A DNA stretch of 64,000 nucleotides from an uncultured bacterium (lineage in GTDB: Bacteria; Methylomirabilota; Methylomirabilia; Methylomirabilales; CSP1-5): assembly GCA_964558395.1 (NCBI GenBank), contig CAZLDS010000007.1, positions 6,099-70,098 of the forward strand, read 5' to 3'. A program made the translations under genes and the position numbers. The first letter of the stretch is position 1. Each line of letters opens with the position of its first letter. Shown piece by piece: positions 41,915 to 50,653 of the stretch. The notes beneath the pieces were generated by a model. The model was not told the DNA's origin. It made no database searches and worked only from the letters and a program-made list of their open reading frames with translations.

Positions 41915-42223
41915 CTAGGGCATTACAACAAGAACGTCCGCTCCTTCGACCTTCACAGGAAAGCTCACCACCGACACGGCCGGGTTCTTGACATTGTTCC
42001 CCGTGGTCACGTCATACCGCCAGCCGTGCCAGGGACAGGTGACAGTCGTGCCCTCCAGCCCCCCATCCCCGAGCGGCCCCCCTCTATGGAGACACGTATT
42101 GTGGATCGCATGGAATGTCCCATCCACGTTAAAGAGGGCGATATCCTGCCCTTCTGCATGTACGACTTTGCCCTGTCCGGGCGACAGATCATTGACCTCA
42201 GCGACCTTGACCACTTTCGCCAT
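41915..42223 (-). CDS. small Rieske [2Fe-2S] protein (NirD-like)
   Basis: 102 aa from the ATG at 42223, with CLHRGGPL and CPWHGW Rieske ligand motifs. The tracked N-terminal extension (to 42343) runs through the riboswitch terminator and aptamer. Confidence 0.8.
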   Translation of the reverse strand: MAKVVKVAEVNDLSPGQGKVVHAEGQDIALFNVDGTFHAIHNTCLHRGGPLGDGGLEGTTVTCPWHGWRYDVTTGNNVKNPAVSVVSFPVKVEGADVLVVMP

Positions 42224-42263
42224 GGGCTTCCGCCTCCCTCTCGCGGGCACGGATGCTGTCTGA

Positions 42264-42415
42264 GCAAAAAGAAAAGCGCCGGTGTCGTGGAGCCACCTGC
42301 GCCTCACTCGTTCCCTCTGGGATACACCTCCCTCCGCTGGCATTATCCAGATCAGGTGTAACGGTCGTCCCGGGACTAACGGGACCTCTCAGCCCGCCTC
42401 CGCGAGCTCCCGTGG
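42264..42415 (-). promoter_or_regulatory. TPP (THI-box) riboswitch with intrinsic terminator
   Basis: Minus strand: ...GGGCUGAGAGG...ACCGUUACACCUGAUCUGGAUAAUGCCAGCGGAGGGA..., which contains the universally conserved CUGAGA and ACCUGAUCUGGAUAAUGCCAGCG blocks. It is followed by the hairpin GCGCAGGUG-GCUCCACGA-CACCGGCGC and UUUUCUUUUU. Confidence 0.9.
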
Positions 42416-42434
42416 TCTTCTGAATTGTCGACTA

Positions 42435-42463
42435 TTTTTACCACACCCGTCCAGTTTTGTCAA
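42435..42463 (-). promoter_or_regulatory. sigma70-type promoter driving the TPP riboswitch
   Basis: Minus strand: TTGACA (42463-42458), 17-nt spacer, TAAAAA(T) (42440-42435). Confidence 0.6.
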
Positions 42464-42565
42464 CTTCCACTTCACAAGCGTTTTTACCTCCTGACCAATA
42501 TTCTTTCCCGTGCTGCTGATCGGGAAGGCACGACCACGAGGGGGCTGAGGCCGACGCGGGTGAAC

Positions 42566-43381
42566 CTAAGAGAGGAGGACCCGAAGGGTGCGAAGACCCT
42601 CCCCAATTCTCGGACCGTACCATGACAGGAGCTTGCCGTCGACGAAGTGGACCCGACCGGTCCGAAGGGCCGGGATAACGGCTTCAAGGGGCTGGAAATC
42701 TACTAGGTGTCTCGGACGGAATGGATACGGCTCGTCCGGGAGGATGATGACCTCTACCCCAAGATCTGCAACCTCTGCCAAAGAGATCGTGGGGTAACGG
42801 TCCTCTTTTTCGGCAAAGACATTTATTCCGCCACAGGTCCGGAGTACGTCATGTATATACGTATCTCCATTAATGGACATATATGGTTTGCGCCAAATCG
42901 GACAAAAGACCGGCACCGATCTTTGTCTCGCGGCGTCTTTGGAAATTCCCTGATGGAAACTTTCGATTTCGAGAGCGATCGCGTCTGCCTTTTCCGCGGT
43001 CCCGGTCATGCGACCAAGATCCCGAATCATCGCAATGCCTTGTTCCACCGTCCGAGGATAGGTTGTGTAAACAGCAATCCCCATCGCCTCCAAGGTTTCC
43101 ACGTCCTCGCGGCGGTTCTCCTCGATATTGGCAAGAATCAAGTCGGGGCGGAGGAATCGGATTTTCGTGAGGTCTGGGTTCTTCTGTCCACCGACCTTGG
43201 GCTTTTCGGCAACCTTGATGGATGGCTCGGTGCAGTAACGGGTCACACCGACAATGCGGTCTTCGAGCCCCAACACAAAGAGGGTCTCGGTAATGCTCGG
43301 AACCAGGGAGATGATCCGGGAGGGGAAAACGGGGACATTCACGCGCCTCCCCGTTGCATCCACAACTTCCATGGTGGCCAC
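42566..43381 (-). CDS. BtuF-like (cobalamin/siderophore-type, class III) periplasmic-binding-fold protein lacking a signal peptide
   Basis: RIISLVPSITETLFVLGLEDRIVGVTRYC...PDLILAN...VEVIILPDEPY is the typical BtuF/FhuD helical-backbone fold pattern. The protein begins directly with the domain and has no hydrophobic leader. Confidence 0.65.
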   Translation of the reverse strand: MATMEVVDATGRRVNVPVFPSRIISLVPSITETLFVLGLEDRIVGVTRYCTEPSIKVAEKPKVGGQKNPDLTKIRFLRPDLILANIEENRREDVETLEAMGIAVYTTYPRTVEQGIAMIRDLGRMTGTAEKADAIALEIESFHQGISKDAARQRSVPVFCPIWRKPYMSINGDTYIHDVLRTCGGINVFAEKEDRYPTISLAEVADLGVEVIILPDEPYPFRPRHLVDFQPLEAVIPALRTGRVHFVDGKLLSWYGPRIGEGLRTLRVLLS

Positions 43382-43453
43382 AAACCGACACCCTCCGCGT
43401 CCCGAGGCGCCCCGAGGGGCGCCTCGAAAAACCCGAAGGGAGGAGGGAATGCA

Positions 43454-45754
43454 CTACTGGTAATGGTAGAAAGAGGTGAGGGCTCTCCGGGCAAAGGACG
43501 TGGTCAGGAAAAGATCCCGGAAAAACGCGACCGTCAGCCGCCAGGGTCGGATATTCCAGAATCGCCACCCCCGAACATGCTCTGACGTTCTCTTCCAGAA
43601 ACGTTGCAGATCCTGCCGGGAGTAGAAGATCTGGTTACTGAGGGGATCGAACTTGAGGAAACGGAGCTCCAGCTTTGATGGCAGTTTCTCCCTGAAGCTC
43701 GAGTAGGCCTCTCGCCATTCCTGCACTTTCAAGGCCTGCCAGGCGTCCCTGTGCAGGTCGCAAAGCTGATCAAGCCGCTTCCCCACCGGTCCGTCTTGCA
43801 CCACAAGCCGCCGTCGCACCTTCTGGATTCTGGTCTGCAGGCCTCCCCACTCTCTTAAGAACGCATCGAGATCTTTGCGATCGATCAGGGGCTTCGAGGC
43901 GAGGTCTTCAAAGGGGTCGAGTAACGCCCTGGCCTTAGCCGGCAGCGACACTTTGGCATTCGCATATGCCTTTTTCCACTCTGCGATCCGCAGGGTCTGC
44001 CATATCTCTCCCTGGATGCGCTGAACCTCCGCGTAAAACCGCTTTTCGGCTTCACTCCGCGGGCGCGTCTGTAGCCAAATTTCCTCCAACTCCTTTACAA
44101 ACCGGGCCCACGACACCAACAGACGCGCGACCTCCTTCGTCCGCTTCCAGAGATGGACCGGCAACGGATCAATCGCAAAGCCGGGTCGCCGTGTGCGCCG
44201 GTCTTTCAAACGGAAAAAGCCGGCAACCATCGGATGCTGCCGCTCAATCAGGGCCGCGTTCTTGTACCAGATGAGGTTAATCATCAGGTTCCAGTAGACC
44301 CAGGGGTTATGGCTCCACCGAGACAGAATCTGAGTCATATTTGCTTTGCTGAAAAAGGCTTTCCAGGCATTTTCGTACGCCTGGATCCATTCGTCAGCAG
44401 TCATATGGGGATGATGGACCACCGGGTGAAAGGAATCACGCTTGTTGAAATCGGGATCCATCCACTCTCCCCGCTTTTTCATTTCCAGGTGATCATGAGA
44501 TCCGGGCAACGGGGTCAGCATGAAGAACGACGCGATGTCCGGCTGGATCACATCCGCCAGGTATTCAATGTCGCGGGGGAGCTGCTCCTTCGTATCGAAG
44601 GGAAAGCCGATGATGTACCCGACGTGGACGACCACCCCCACTTCATGCCATTCCCGGATGATATTCACGTACTCGTCGACTTTGTTCTGCGGCTTCCCCC
44701 CGGCCTTGAGATTGTCCGGATTCACGCTCTCCATGCCGATAAACACCTGGGTGCAGCCGGCTTCGGCGGCGAGGCGGACAAAGTCTTTGGGTTTGCGTGC
44801 GAGGTCTACCTGCATCGTGAACGTGACCTTGATACCCTCCTCCTCGCGGAGCCGGACCATGGCCTCGAAGGTCTCGCGCCACCGTTTTTTCCGGGCGAAA
44901 TTGTCGTCGGTGAAGAAGTAGAAATCGACCCCGTGCTGGTGATAATTGTCTCGTACCAACTGGGCAATATCCTCCGCGGTCCGCTCACGCATCGTTCTGC
45001 CCTGTACATTGATGATCGTGCAAAACGTACACGCAAAGGGGCAGCCACGCGAGGCATCCACGGTACCAAAGGTGGGTCGCGCAAAGTGCTGCATGCTCGA
45101 TGGACTCATGACTGGGAGGGGGGCGTTCTCGATATCCACGAGACTCTTGAGGTCTTGGGCAAAGGAGTAGAGGGGCTTGAGCTGTCCATTGAGGAGGTCG
45201 GTGAGAATTCCTTCCCACTTCCCCTCAACCTCGCCCGACACGACCACGATCGATTCCTGATATAGCTCCTGGAGGTCCGGTTCGTTGGGACTCAGCATGT
45301 TGACGGTTCCACTGGTATGAAATCCCCCGATGATCACATCAATGCCGTGCGCCCGGAACTCCTTTCCCATGTCGACCGCCCGCGGAAACTGGTTGGTTTG
45401 CACGCCGACCAAGCACACGACCAGCTTCGTCGCAGGGCGGCGGCTCCACCGGACGATCTTCTTGACGGGGACTTTTTCCGTTGTTTCATCAAAGACGTCC
45501 ACCCGAATGTCGATATCTCCCAAGACCCCACGGGTCTTGACATCCTCCGTCAAGCCCCGTAACACGCTGAGCGTGTTGCTTGGCAGCACCCCCTTCCAAA
45601 ACCGGACCAGATATCCGTCATCGTCATACTTCGAAGCCTTGATGAGAACCACGTGAAGGGTCTGGTACTTTCTGGCATGAGGGAGGAGACCAACATGCTC
45701 CGAGCTCGGACGCTCGGCGGAAACATCAACGACAGGCAGCGGTGCGGTGTTCAT
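43454..45754 (-). CDS. B12-binding-domain radical SAM protein with ~270-aa C-terminal extension
   Basis: The N-terminal cobalamin-binding-like Rossmann region (VVCLVGVQTNQF...IDVIIGGFHTSG) and the radical SAM site CPFACTFC identify the class. The C-terminal extension contains an internal duplication. Confidence 0.8.
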   Translation of the reverse strand: MNTAPLPVVDVSAERPSSEHVGLLPHARKYQTLHVVLIKASKYDDDGYLVRFWKGVLPSNTLSVLRGLTEDVKTRGVLGDIDIRVDVFDETTEKVPVKKIVRWSRRPATKLVVCLVGVQTNQFPRAVDMGKEFRAHGIDVIIGGFHTSGTVNMLSPNEPDLQELYQESIVVVSGEVEGKWEGILTDLLNGQLKPLYSFAQDLKSLVDIENAPLPVMSPSSMQHFARPTFGTVDASRGCPFACTFCTIINVQGRTMRERTAEDIAQLVRDNYHQHGVDFYFFTDDNFARKKRWRETFEAMVRLREEEGIKVTFTMQVDLARKPKDFVRLAAEAGCTQVFIGMESVNPDNLKAGGKPQNKVDEYVNIIREWHEVGVVVHVGYIIGFPFDTKEQLPRDIEYLADVIQPDIASFFMLTPLPGSHDHLEMKKRGEWMDPDFNKRDSFHPVVHHPHMTADEWIQAYENAWKAFFSKANMTQILSRWSHNPWVYWNLMINLIWYKNAALIERQHPMVAGFFRLKDRRTRRPGFAIDPLPVHLWKRTKEVARLLVSWARFVKELEEIWLQTRPRSEAEKRFYAEVQRIQGEIWQTLRIAEWKKAYANAKVSLPAKARALLDPFEDLASKPLIDRKDLDAFLREWGGLQTRIQKVRRRLVVQDGPVGKRLDQLCDLHRDAWQALKVQEWREAYSSFREKLPSKLELRFLKFDPLSNQIFYSRQDLQRFWKRTSEHVRGWRFWNIRPWRLTVAFFRDLFLTTSFARRALTSFYHYQ

Positions 45755-45797
45755 GTCTTTCCTCCTTCAAACCTTCGCCCCGGAAAATCCGCGTCAA

Positions 45798-46904
45798 CTA
45801 TTGCAGGATCTCGTACCGCGTATTTCGGACGCGTGGGATATATCCCGCGTCCACAATCACCCGCTCGAGCTCTTCTCGGACGGCCATGAATTTGGCCCCC
45901 CCGGCGGAGACCACTTGCTCTTCGAAGATCGTGCTGCCGAGATCATTCACCCCGTAATGGAGGGCGATCTGAGCCACCTTGGGCCCCTGGGTGAGCCAAG
46001 AGGCCTGGATATTGTCAAAGTTATCCAACATCAGCCTGGCCACGGCCATGGTGCGAAGATAGTCAAAGGCCGAGGCCCGCTTTCCTCCCAGCTCGGTCCC
46101 CGCGGGTTGGAAGTTCCAGGCGACAAAGGCGGTGAATCCCTTCGTCTCATCTTGGAGGGCACGGAGCTGCAGGAGATGTGCCACACGCTGCTCAGGCGTC
46201 TCTACCGATCCGAACATCATCGTCGCACTCGACGGGAGACCGACCTGATGGGCCGTCCGCATGCAATCGAGCCACTCGTCTACAGTGTCCTTCAACCGGG
46301 AAATCTGCAGGCGAACTTCATCCACCAGGATCTCTGCTCCCCCTCCCGGGACCGAGCCAAGCCCAGCCGCTTTCAAACGCGACAGCGTTTCTCGGAGCGA
46401 AAGTTGCGAGATTTTGGCCAGGTAGATCAGCTCTGCGGGTGACAAACCATGGATGTGGACAGGAAAGCGTTCCTTGATCGCCCGGAAGGTATCCTCGTAG
46501 TAGTCGATCTTGAGCGCCGGGTTGAGGCCCCCCTGAAAGAGCACCTCGGTGCCCCCGTGGTCAACGAGTTCCTGGATCTTTTGGAAGATTTCCTCTCGGG
46601 AGAGGACGTAGCCTTCCTGATGACCCGGCAGGCGGTAGAAAGCGCAGAAGGCGCATTTCACCCAGCAAACGTTGGTGTAGTTGATGATCCGACCAACAAC
46701 ATAAGTCACCTCCCGCTCCGGACACTTCCGGCGCCGCACCGTGTCGGCCAGGAAGCCGAGCCAGGGAAGGTTCGTCGCCTGCCACAGGACCGCGCCATCT
46801 GCGGCGGAAAGGCGTTCCTGGGCCAGGACCTTCGCTTCAATGTCCTCGAATCTTTTCGCCCCGTTTCCCGACATCGCTTCCCTGGGAAAAAGACGCCTCA
46901 GCAC
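45798..46904 (-). CDS. mqnC: futalosine-pathway radical SAM enzyme, probably cyclic dehypoxanthinyl futalosine synthase
   Basis: INYTNVCWVKCAFCAFY is the radical SAM site. IQASWLTQG and GVNDLGSTIFEEQVVSAGG resemble MqnC/CofH-type sequences as I recall them. The MqnC versus MqnE assignment is from memory of family patterns. Confidence 0.65.
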   Translation of the reverse strand: MLRRLFPREAMSGNGAKRFEDIEAKVLAQERLSAADGAVLWQATNLPWLGFLADTVRRRKCPEREVTYVVGRIINYTNVCWVKCAFCAFYRLPGHQEGYVLSREEIFQKIQELVDHGGTEVLFQGGLNPALKIDYYEDTFRAIKERFPVHIHGLSPAELIYLAKISQLSLRETLSRLKAAGLGSVPGGGAEILVDEVRLQISRLKDTVDEWLDCMRTAHQVGLPSSATMMFGSVETPEQRVAHLLQLRALQDETKGFTAFVAWNFQPAGTELGGKRASAFDYLRTMAVARLMLDNFDNIQASWLTQGPKVAQIALHYGVNDLGSTIFEEQVVSAGGAKFMAVREELERVIVDAGYIPRVRNTRYEILQ

Positions 46905-48130
46905 CTCGGCGGCACCAGCTTGAGGCTTCCGGGCCTCTCAGCCAATTCCTGGCCGCCGTTGACCTGTGGCGCCTCCACGATCACGTTATAGAGCGCATCG
47001 CGCTCCACCGGAACCCGACCCGCCTCGCAAATGAGGTCCATGAGCTCCTGATGGCTCAAGACCTGGCGATGGGACGTGGTCCCCAGGGCATGGGTAATCT
47101 CGTAATGGTTGACAGTTCCGTCCACGTCGTCCGCCCCGTACCAGAGGGCGAGCTGGGCGACCTGAGGTGTAATCATAATCCAGAAGGCCTTGATGTGCGG
47201 AAAGTTATCCAGGAGCAGGCGGGACACGGCAATCTCACGCAGATTCTGCTGCCCGGTTGTCACCGGAACCTGTTCGAGCTCGGTCCGCGCAGGGTCGAAA
47301 GCGAGAGGCACAAAGCACTGGAACCCTTTGGTCTCGTCCTGAAGCGCGCGGATATGAAGGAGGTGTTTGACCTTTTCTTCGACCGTCTCGATATGTCCAT
47401 AGAGCATGGTCGCGTTGGACCTGAGTCCGGCACGGTGGACCTCGCGTGCCACGTCAAACCATCCCTCGTTATCCAGTTTGGCCCGAAAGAGCTCCTCATG
47501 CACCCGGTCACTGAAGACCTCCGCTCCCCCGCCGGGAACACAGGCGAGGCCCGCACCTTTGAGTTCTGCGAGGACGTCTGCAAGAGGTTTCTTGGCGGCT
47601 CGGGCGATCTGCGCCAGCTCAATCATGGTAAAGGCTTTGATCTGTGCGTCAGGACGCGCCGCCCGGACGGCGTGGATGATGTCCAGGTAATACTGATACG
47701 GGAGCTTCGGGTTGATCCCCGCCACCATGTGGATTTCTCGAATCACCTGGTGGCGGTATTGCTTGAGACGGGCAACGATATCATCCGGGGTAAGTACGTA
47801 GCCTCTGGGATCTCCAGGCGGGGCATAAAAGGAGCAGAATTTGCACAATTTATTGCAGATATTCGTGTAGTTGATGTGGACGTTTCGAACGTAGTAGGTG
47901 GCATCCCCGTTCACGCGCTCCCGAAGCTGGTTCGCCAAAGCACCCACAGCGGTCAGGTCCGGATTTCGGTACAGACGGAGGCCATCCCCGTAAGAGAGGC
48001 GCTCGCCCTTCGCAATTTTTTTGGAAAGATCCGCTAACCCGGCCCGACCGACCAGCGCTTCCACATGGTTCTCCGGTTCATGGTTCGATGTGGATGTGAA
48101 CCACGAACGGTAAGCGGCGGACTCCGTCAT
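46898..48130 (-). CDS. mqnE: futalosine-pathway radical SAM enzyme, probably aminodeoxyfutalosine synthase
   Basis: INYTNICNKLCKFCSFY is the radical SAM site. HIKAFWIM and GADDVDGTV...VPVERDALY resemble MqnE-type sequences. The start overlaps the upstream stop (ATGA). Confidence 0.65.
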   Translation of the reverse strand: MTESAAYRSWFTSTSNHEPENHVEALVGRAGLADLSKKIAKGERLSYGDGLRLYRNPDLTAVGALANQLRERVNGDATYYVRNVHINYTNICNKLCKFCSFYAPPGDPRGYVLTPDDIVARLKQYRHQVIREIHMVAGINPKLPYQYYLDIIHAVRAARPDAQIKAFTMIELAQIARAAKKPLADVLAELKGAGLACVPGGGAEVFSDRVHEELFRAKLDNEGWFDVAREVHRAGLRSNATMLYGHIETVEEKVKHLLHIRALQDETKGFQCFVPLAFDPARTELEQVPVTTGQQNLREIAVSRLLLDNFPHIKAFWIMITPQVAQLALWYGADDVDGTVNHYEITHALGTTSHRQVLSHQELMDLICEAGRVPVERDALYNVIVEAPQVNGGQELAERPGSLKLVPPRC

Positions 48131-48555
48131 TCGCCGAGAACCTGTACTTGAATACTCCGTTCTTGGGGACCATCGAGCTCCGCAAAGATAATGCTTTGCC
48201 AGCGCCCGAGGATCACCTCCCCTGCCTGAACTGGGAGGGCCAGGCTCCGGGCGAGCAACATGGCCCGCAGGTGCGAACCGGCATTACCCCGCGTACAGTC
48301 GGAAAACTGGGGATCGTTATGCCGGTAGTACTCTTCATCCTGGATGAGGCGGGTGAGAATCGCCTTCATGTCCTCGATGAGGGCTGCCTGAAACTCGTTG
48401 ATGAAGAGGACGGCGGTCGTGTGCAAGGTATTCAGAAGCACCACCCCATTGCGAATCGCGTGCTTGCTGAGGAATTCTCGGACCACCTGGGTAATGTCAA
48501 GAAGCTGCAGTTGTTCCTTTGTCTTGACGGAAATGGTCTCAAAGGCAACTCTCAC
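48127..48555 (-). CDS. yjbQ: YjbQ/UPF0047 family protein (secondary thiamine-phosphate synthase-like)
   Basis: 142 aa. LLNTLHTTAVLFINE and GNAGSHLRAMLLARSLALPV match UPF0047 hallmark segments. Confidence 0.75.
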   Translation of the reverse strand: MRVAFETISVKTKEQLQLLDITQVVREFLSKHAIRNGVVLLNTLHTTAVLFINEFQAALIEDMKAILTRLIQDEEYYRHNDPQFSDCTRGNAGSHLRAMLLARSLALPVQAGEVILGRWQSIIFAELDGPQERSIQVQVLGE

Positions 48556-48570
48556 GGCATCCTCCTCCCG

Positions 48571-49062
48571 TCAGCCTAACCGACCCATACGGAGTCCCAG
48601 ATAGAGGATGACAGCCCCGAGAGCTGCAGCCACGAGATTCCACCTTTGAATACGCTGGACCAATTGAGTCCCCTGCATGGAAGGAAGATCCTCAGGATTC
48701 CCTTCCTCCGTGGAAAGAGCCCTGAACAGCCTCGGACCGAGGGCAAAAAATTGGTAACTGCTCACCAAGACGAGGACAAAAACCAGAAAAAGTTTCAGTG
48801 CCAGCACGCCAAAGAGACGCGACATGTACTCTGGTCCCAGACCCTCTTTGAGCGGCGTTAGCGCCACCGCTCCGGTTATGACGAGCACCCCCAGGCTCCC
48901 GAGGCTTATGGGATGAAAGATCCGAAGCGCCCCTGCCAAGAGATGTAAGCCATCCGCATCAAGCCCCCGCCGCCGAAGGACCGGGATCAGCACTGCCGCC
49001 AAAAATACTGTCCCCCCCAAGTAGACGGCGACTGCCACGGTATGGAGGATTGCCAGCAACAC
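48571..49062 (-). CDS. small polytopic membrane protein (4 TM), unknown function
   Basis: 163 aa, first gene of the mqn-containing operon, 15 nt upstream of yjbQ. Confidence 0.5.
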   Translation of the reverse strand: MLLAILHTVAVAVYLGGTVFLAAVLIPVLRRRGLDADGLHLLAGALRIFHPISLGSLGVLVITGAVALTPLKEGLGPEYMSRLFGVLALKLFLVFVLVLVSSYQFFALGPRLFRALSTEEGNPEDLPSMQGTQLVQRIQRWNLVAAALGAVILYLGLRMGRLG

Positions 49063-49155
49063 CTGGGGTCGCCTGTGGAACCGCCGACACGAACGCTTGT
49101 CATCGACGAGATCCGCCTTTACCCTCCCTGTGGCCCGAACGTCAAAGCCGGAATA

Positions 49156-50013
49156 TTAACCGGTTTTACCCCCCACGTCAACTCTCTTCTCACGGGAACC
49201 CATCTCTCGAACGAAGGCCCGCATATGACGCGTTATTTCCTGGGGCTGATCCTCAGGGAGGAAGTGCCCCGCCTCCTTCACCACCACCAGTCGCGCGGCG
49301 GGGAGTCTATCTGCCAGGCGTTGGCCGAATTTGATATCTTGATACGCATCAGCCTCCCCCCACAGGAGAAGCACGGGAAGGGGGAGTTGCTCAATTTCAG
49401 CCGCCCGGACCAGGATGTCCCGGTTGTTCAAAGCGCGGGCACACCGGAGATATGCCTGTCTCCCCTCCACACTGTCAAAGGGGCGGACATATTCCGTTAC
49501 CAAGGTATCAGTTGCCCGAGCCTGGTGGAACATGCCCCGCCGCAATGCCTTCGCGAATCCGGCGCGTAAGTCCACGGTCTGGATGATCTGATCCCAGGCC
49601 AGATCCTTCAGACGATCGATCTCCGGGACAGGCCAAGAATCGTAGGCCACCGTATCCAACAGAACGAGACGTTTCACCAATTCCGGTCGCTCCAGGGCGA
49701 GGAGCTGAGCGACCCCACCGCCGATATCGTGCCCCGCGACGGTGGCATGCGTCACTCCCACCTTCATCATGAATTCGGCGACGTACCGGGCCTGAGCCGG
49801 GAGCGACAGATCCGCACTTGATGGTTTATCAGAGTCGCCGTATCCCAACAGGTCCAGGGCACACACGGCGAAGTCTTCGGCGAGGGGGGAGATCACACCC
49901 CGCCACAGGTACGCGGACGTGGGGATGCCGTGAATCAGGAGGACCGATTCACCCTTCCCCTGTCGGACATAGGCGATCGTGCCCTCTCGGATGGTCACTC
50001 GTGATTTTTCCAT
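49156..50013 (-). CDS. alpha/beta-fold hydrolase
   Basis: VLLIHGIPTSAYLWR, the nucleophile elbow GHDIGG, and a C-terminal His region. ATG at 50013 gives a typical N-terminus. Confidence 0.75.
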   Translation of the reverse strand: MEKSRVTIREGTIAYVRQGKGESVLLIHGIPTSAYLWRGVISPLAEDFAVCALDLLGYGDSDKPSSADLSLPAQARYVAEFMMKVGVTHATVAGHDIGGGVAQLLALERPELVKRLVLLDTVAYDSWPVPEIDRLKDLAWDQIIQTVDLRAGFAKALRRGMFHQARATDTLVTEYVRPFDSVEGRQAYLRCARALNNRDILVRAAEIEQLPLPVLLLWGEADAYQDIKFGQRLADRLPAARLVVVKEAGHFLPEDQPQEITRHMRAFVREMGSREKRVDVGGKTG

Positions 50014-50070
50014 GATCCCCTCCCGGATCAAACAGGTACCCCTCCGCAAGACCGCATGATATCACTTTTA

Positions 50071-50352
50071 TCATCCAACCTGTGAAAGGATTAACACCGC
50101 CCCAACACCGGCCGCCATGCCCACGATTGGGCTCCTCACCCGGGCCGCCACCAAGACTGTCAGCCCGAGGGCGATACCCCGAAGGCTCAGTGCCTCCAGA
50201 GACGAGGGTCCCTTCACATACCCAAACCACACGAAACTGGCGATGATGGAGAACGAGAGGAATTAGAACCACCGGATCATGCGTGGACTCAGGGTAAGCC
50301 GGGGACCCAGGAGCAACGGGACGACCCGCAGCATATACGTTCCCACCCCCAT
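50071..50352 (-). pseudogene. azlD: azlD-like gene with an in-frame TAA
   Basis: A single frame reads MGVGTYMLRVVPLLLGPRLTLSPRMIRWF*FLSFSIIASFVWFGY...GMAAGVGAVLILSQVG, which is AzlD-like throughout. The stop at codon 30 is at 50263-50265. Confidence 0.55.
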
Positions 50353-50354
50353 GC

Positions 50355-50653
50355 CTAGGATAATTGCGACGTGCCCTCCCACCATACCTCCACCCCAATA
50401 GCCGCTGTCGCGACCACGATCGCGTTAACAGTGAGCCCCCCAGGCACTGCCCGCCCACTGTGAGAAGGTCAACGGCGGGAAACTGGGCCGGGCCGGCAAA
50501 GACCACCACAGACATCAAAAACAACTCCCCCGCGGGGAGACCCCTGGCGTGGGCGGTTATCCCGAGGGTGAACGTGATGGCGAAAAACGCCAAGCAGACC
50601 GGGATCGCCGCCCGTGCCCCTTCCGCAAATCTGGCAATCTCGTCACCGTTCAT
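50355..50653 (-). pseudogene. azlC: azlC-like remnant (frameshifted and internally deleted)
   Basis: The first ~66 codons (…FLMSVVVFAGPAQFPAVDLL) match AzlC. The frame then breaks, and a different frame gives …GLTVNAIVVATAAIGVEVWW…* ending just before the azlD ATG. Only about 100 codons remain, versus about 230-245 expected. Confidence 0.55.

Noticed and set aside
42224-42343. N-terminal 40 codons of the tracked Rieske ORF
   Set aside because: This stretch coincides with the TPP riboswitch 3' aptamer arm and its terminator. The ATG at 42223 has an RBS and gives a normal Rieske N-terminus.
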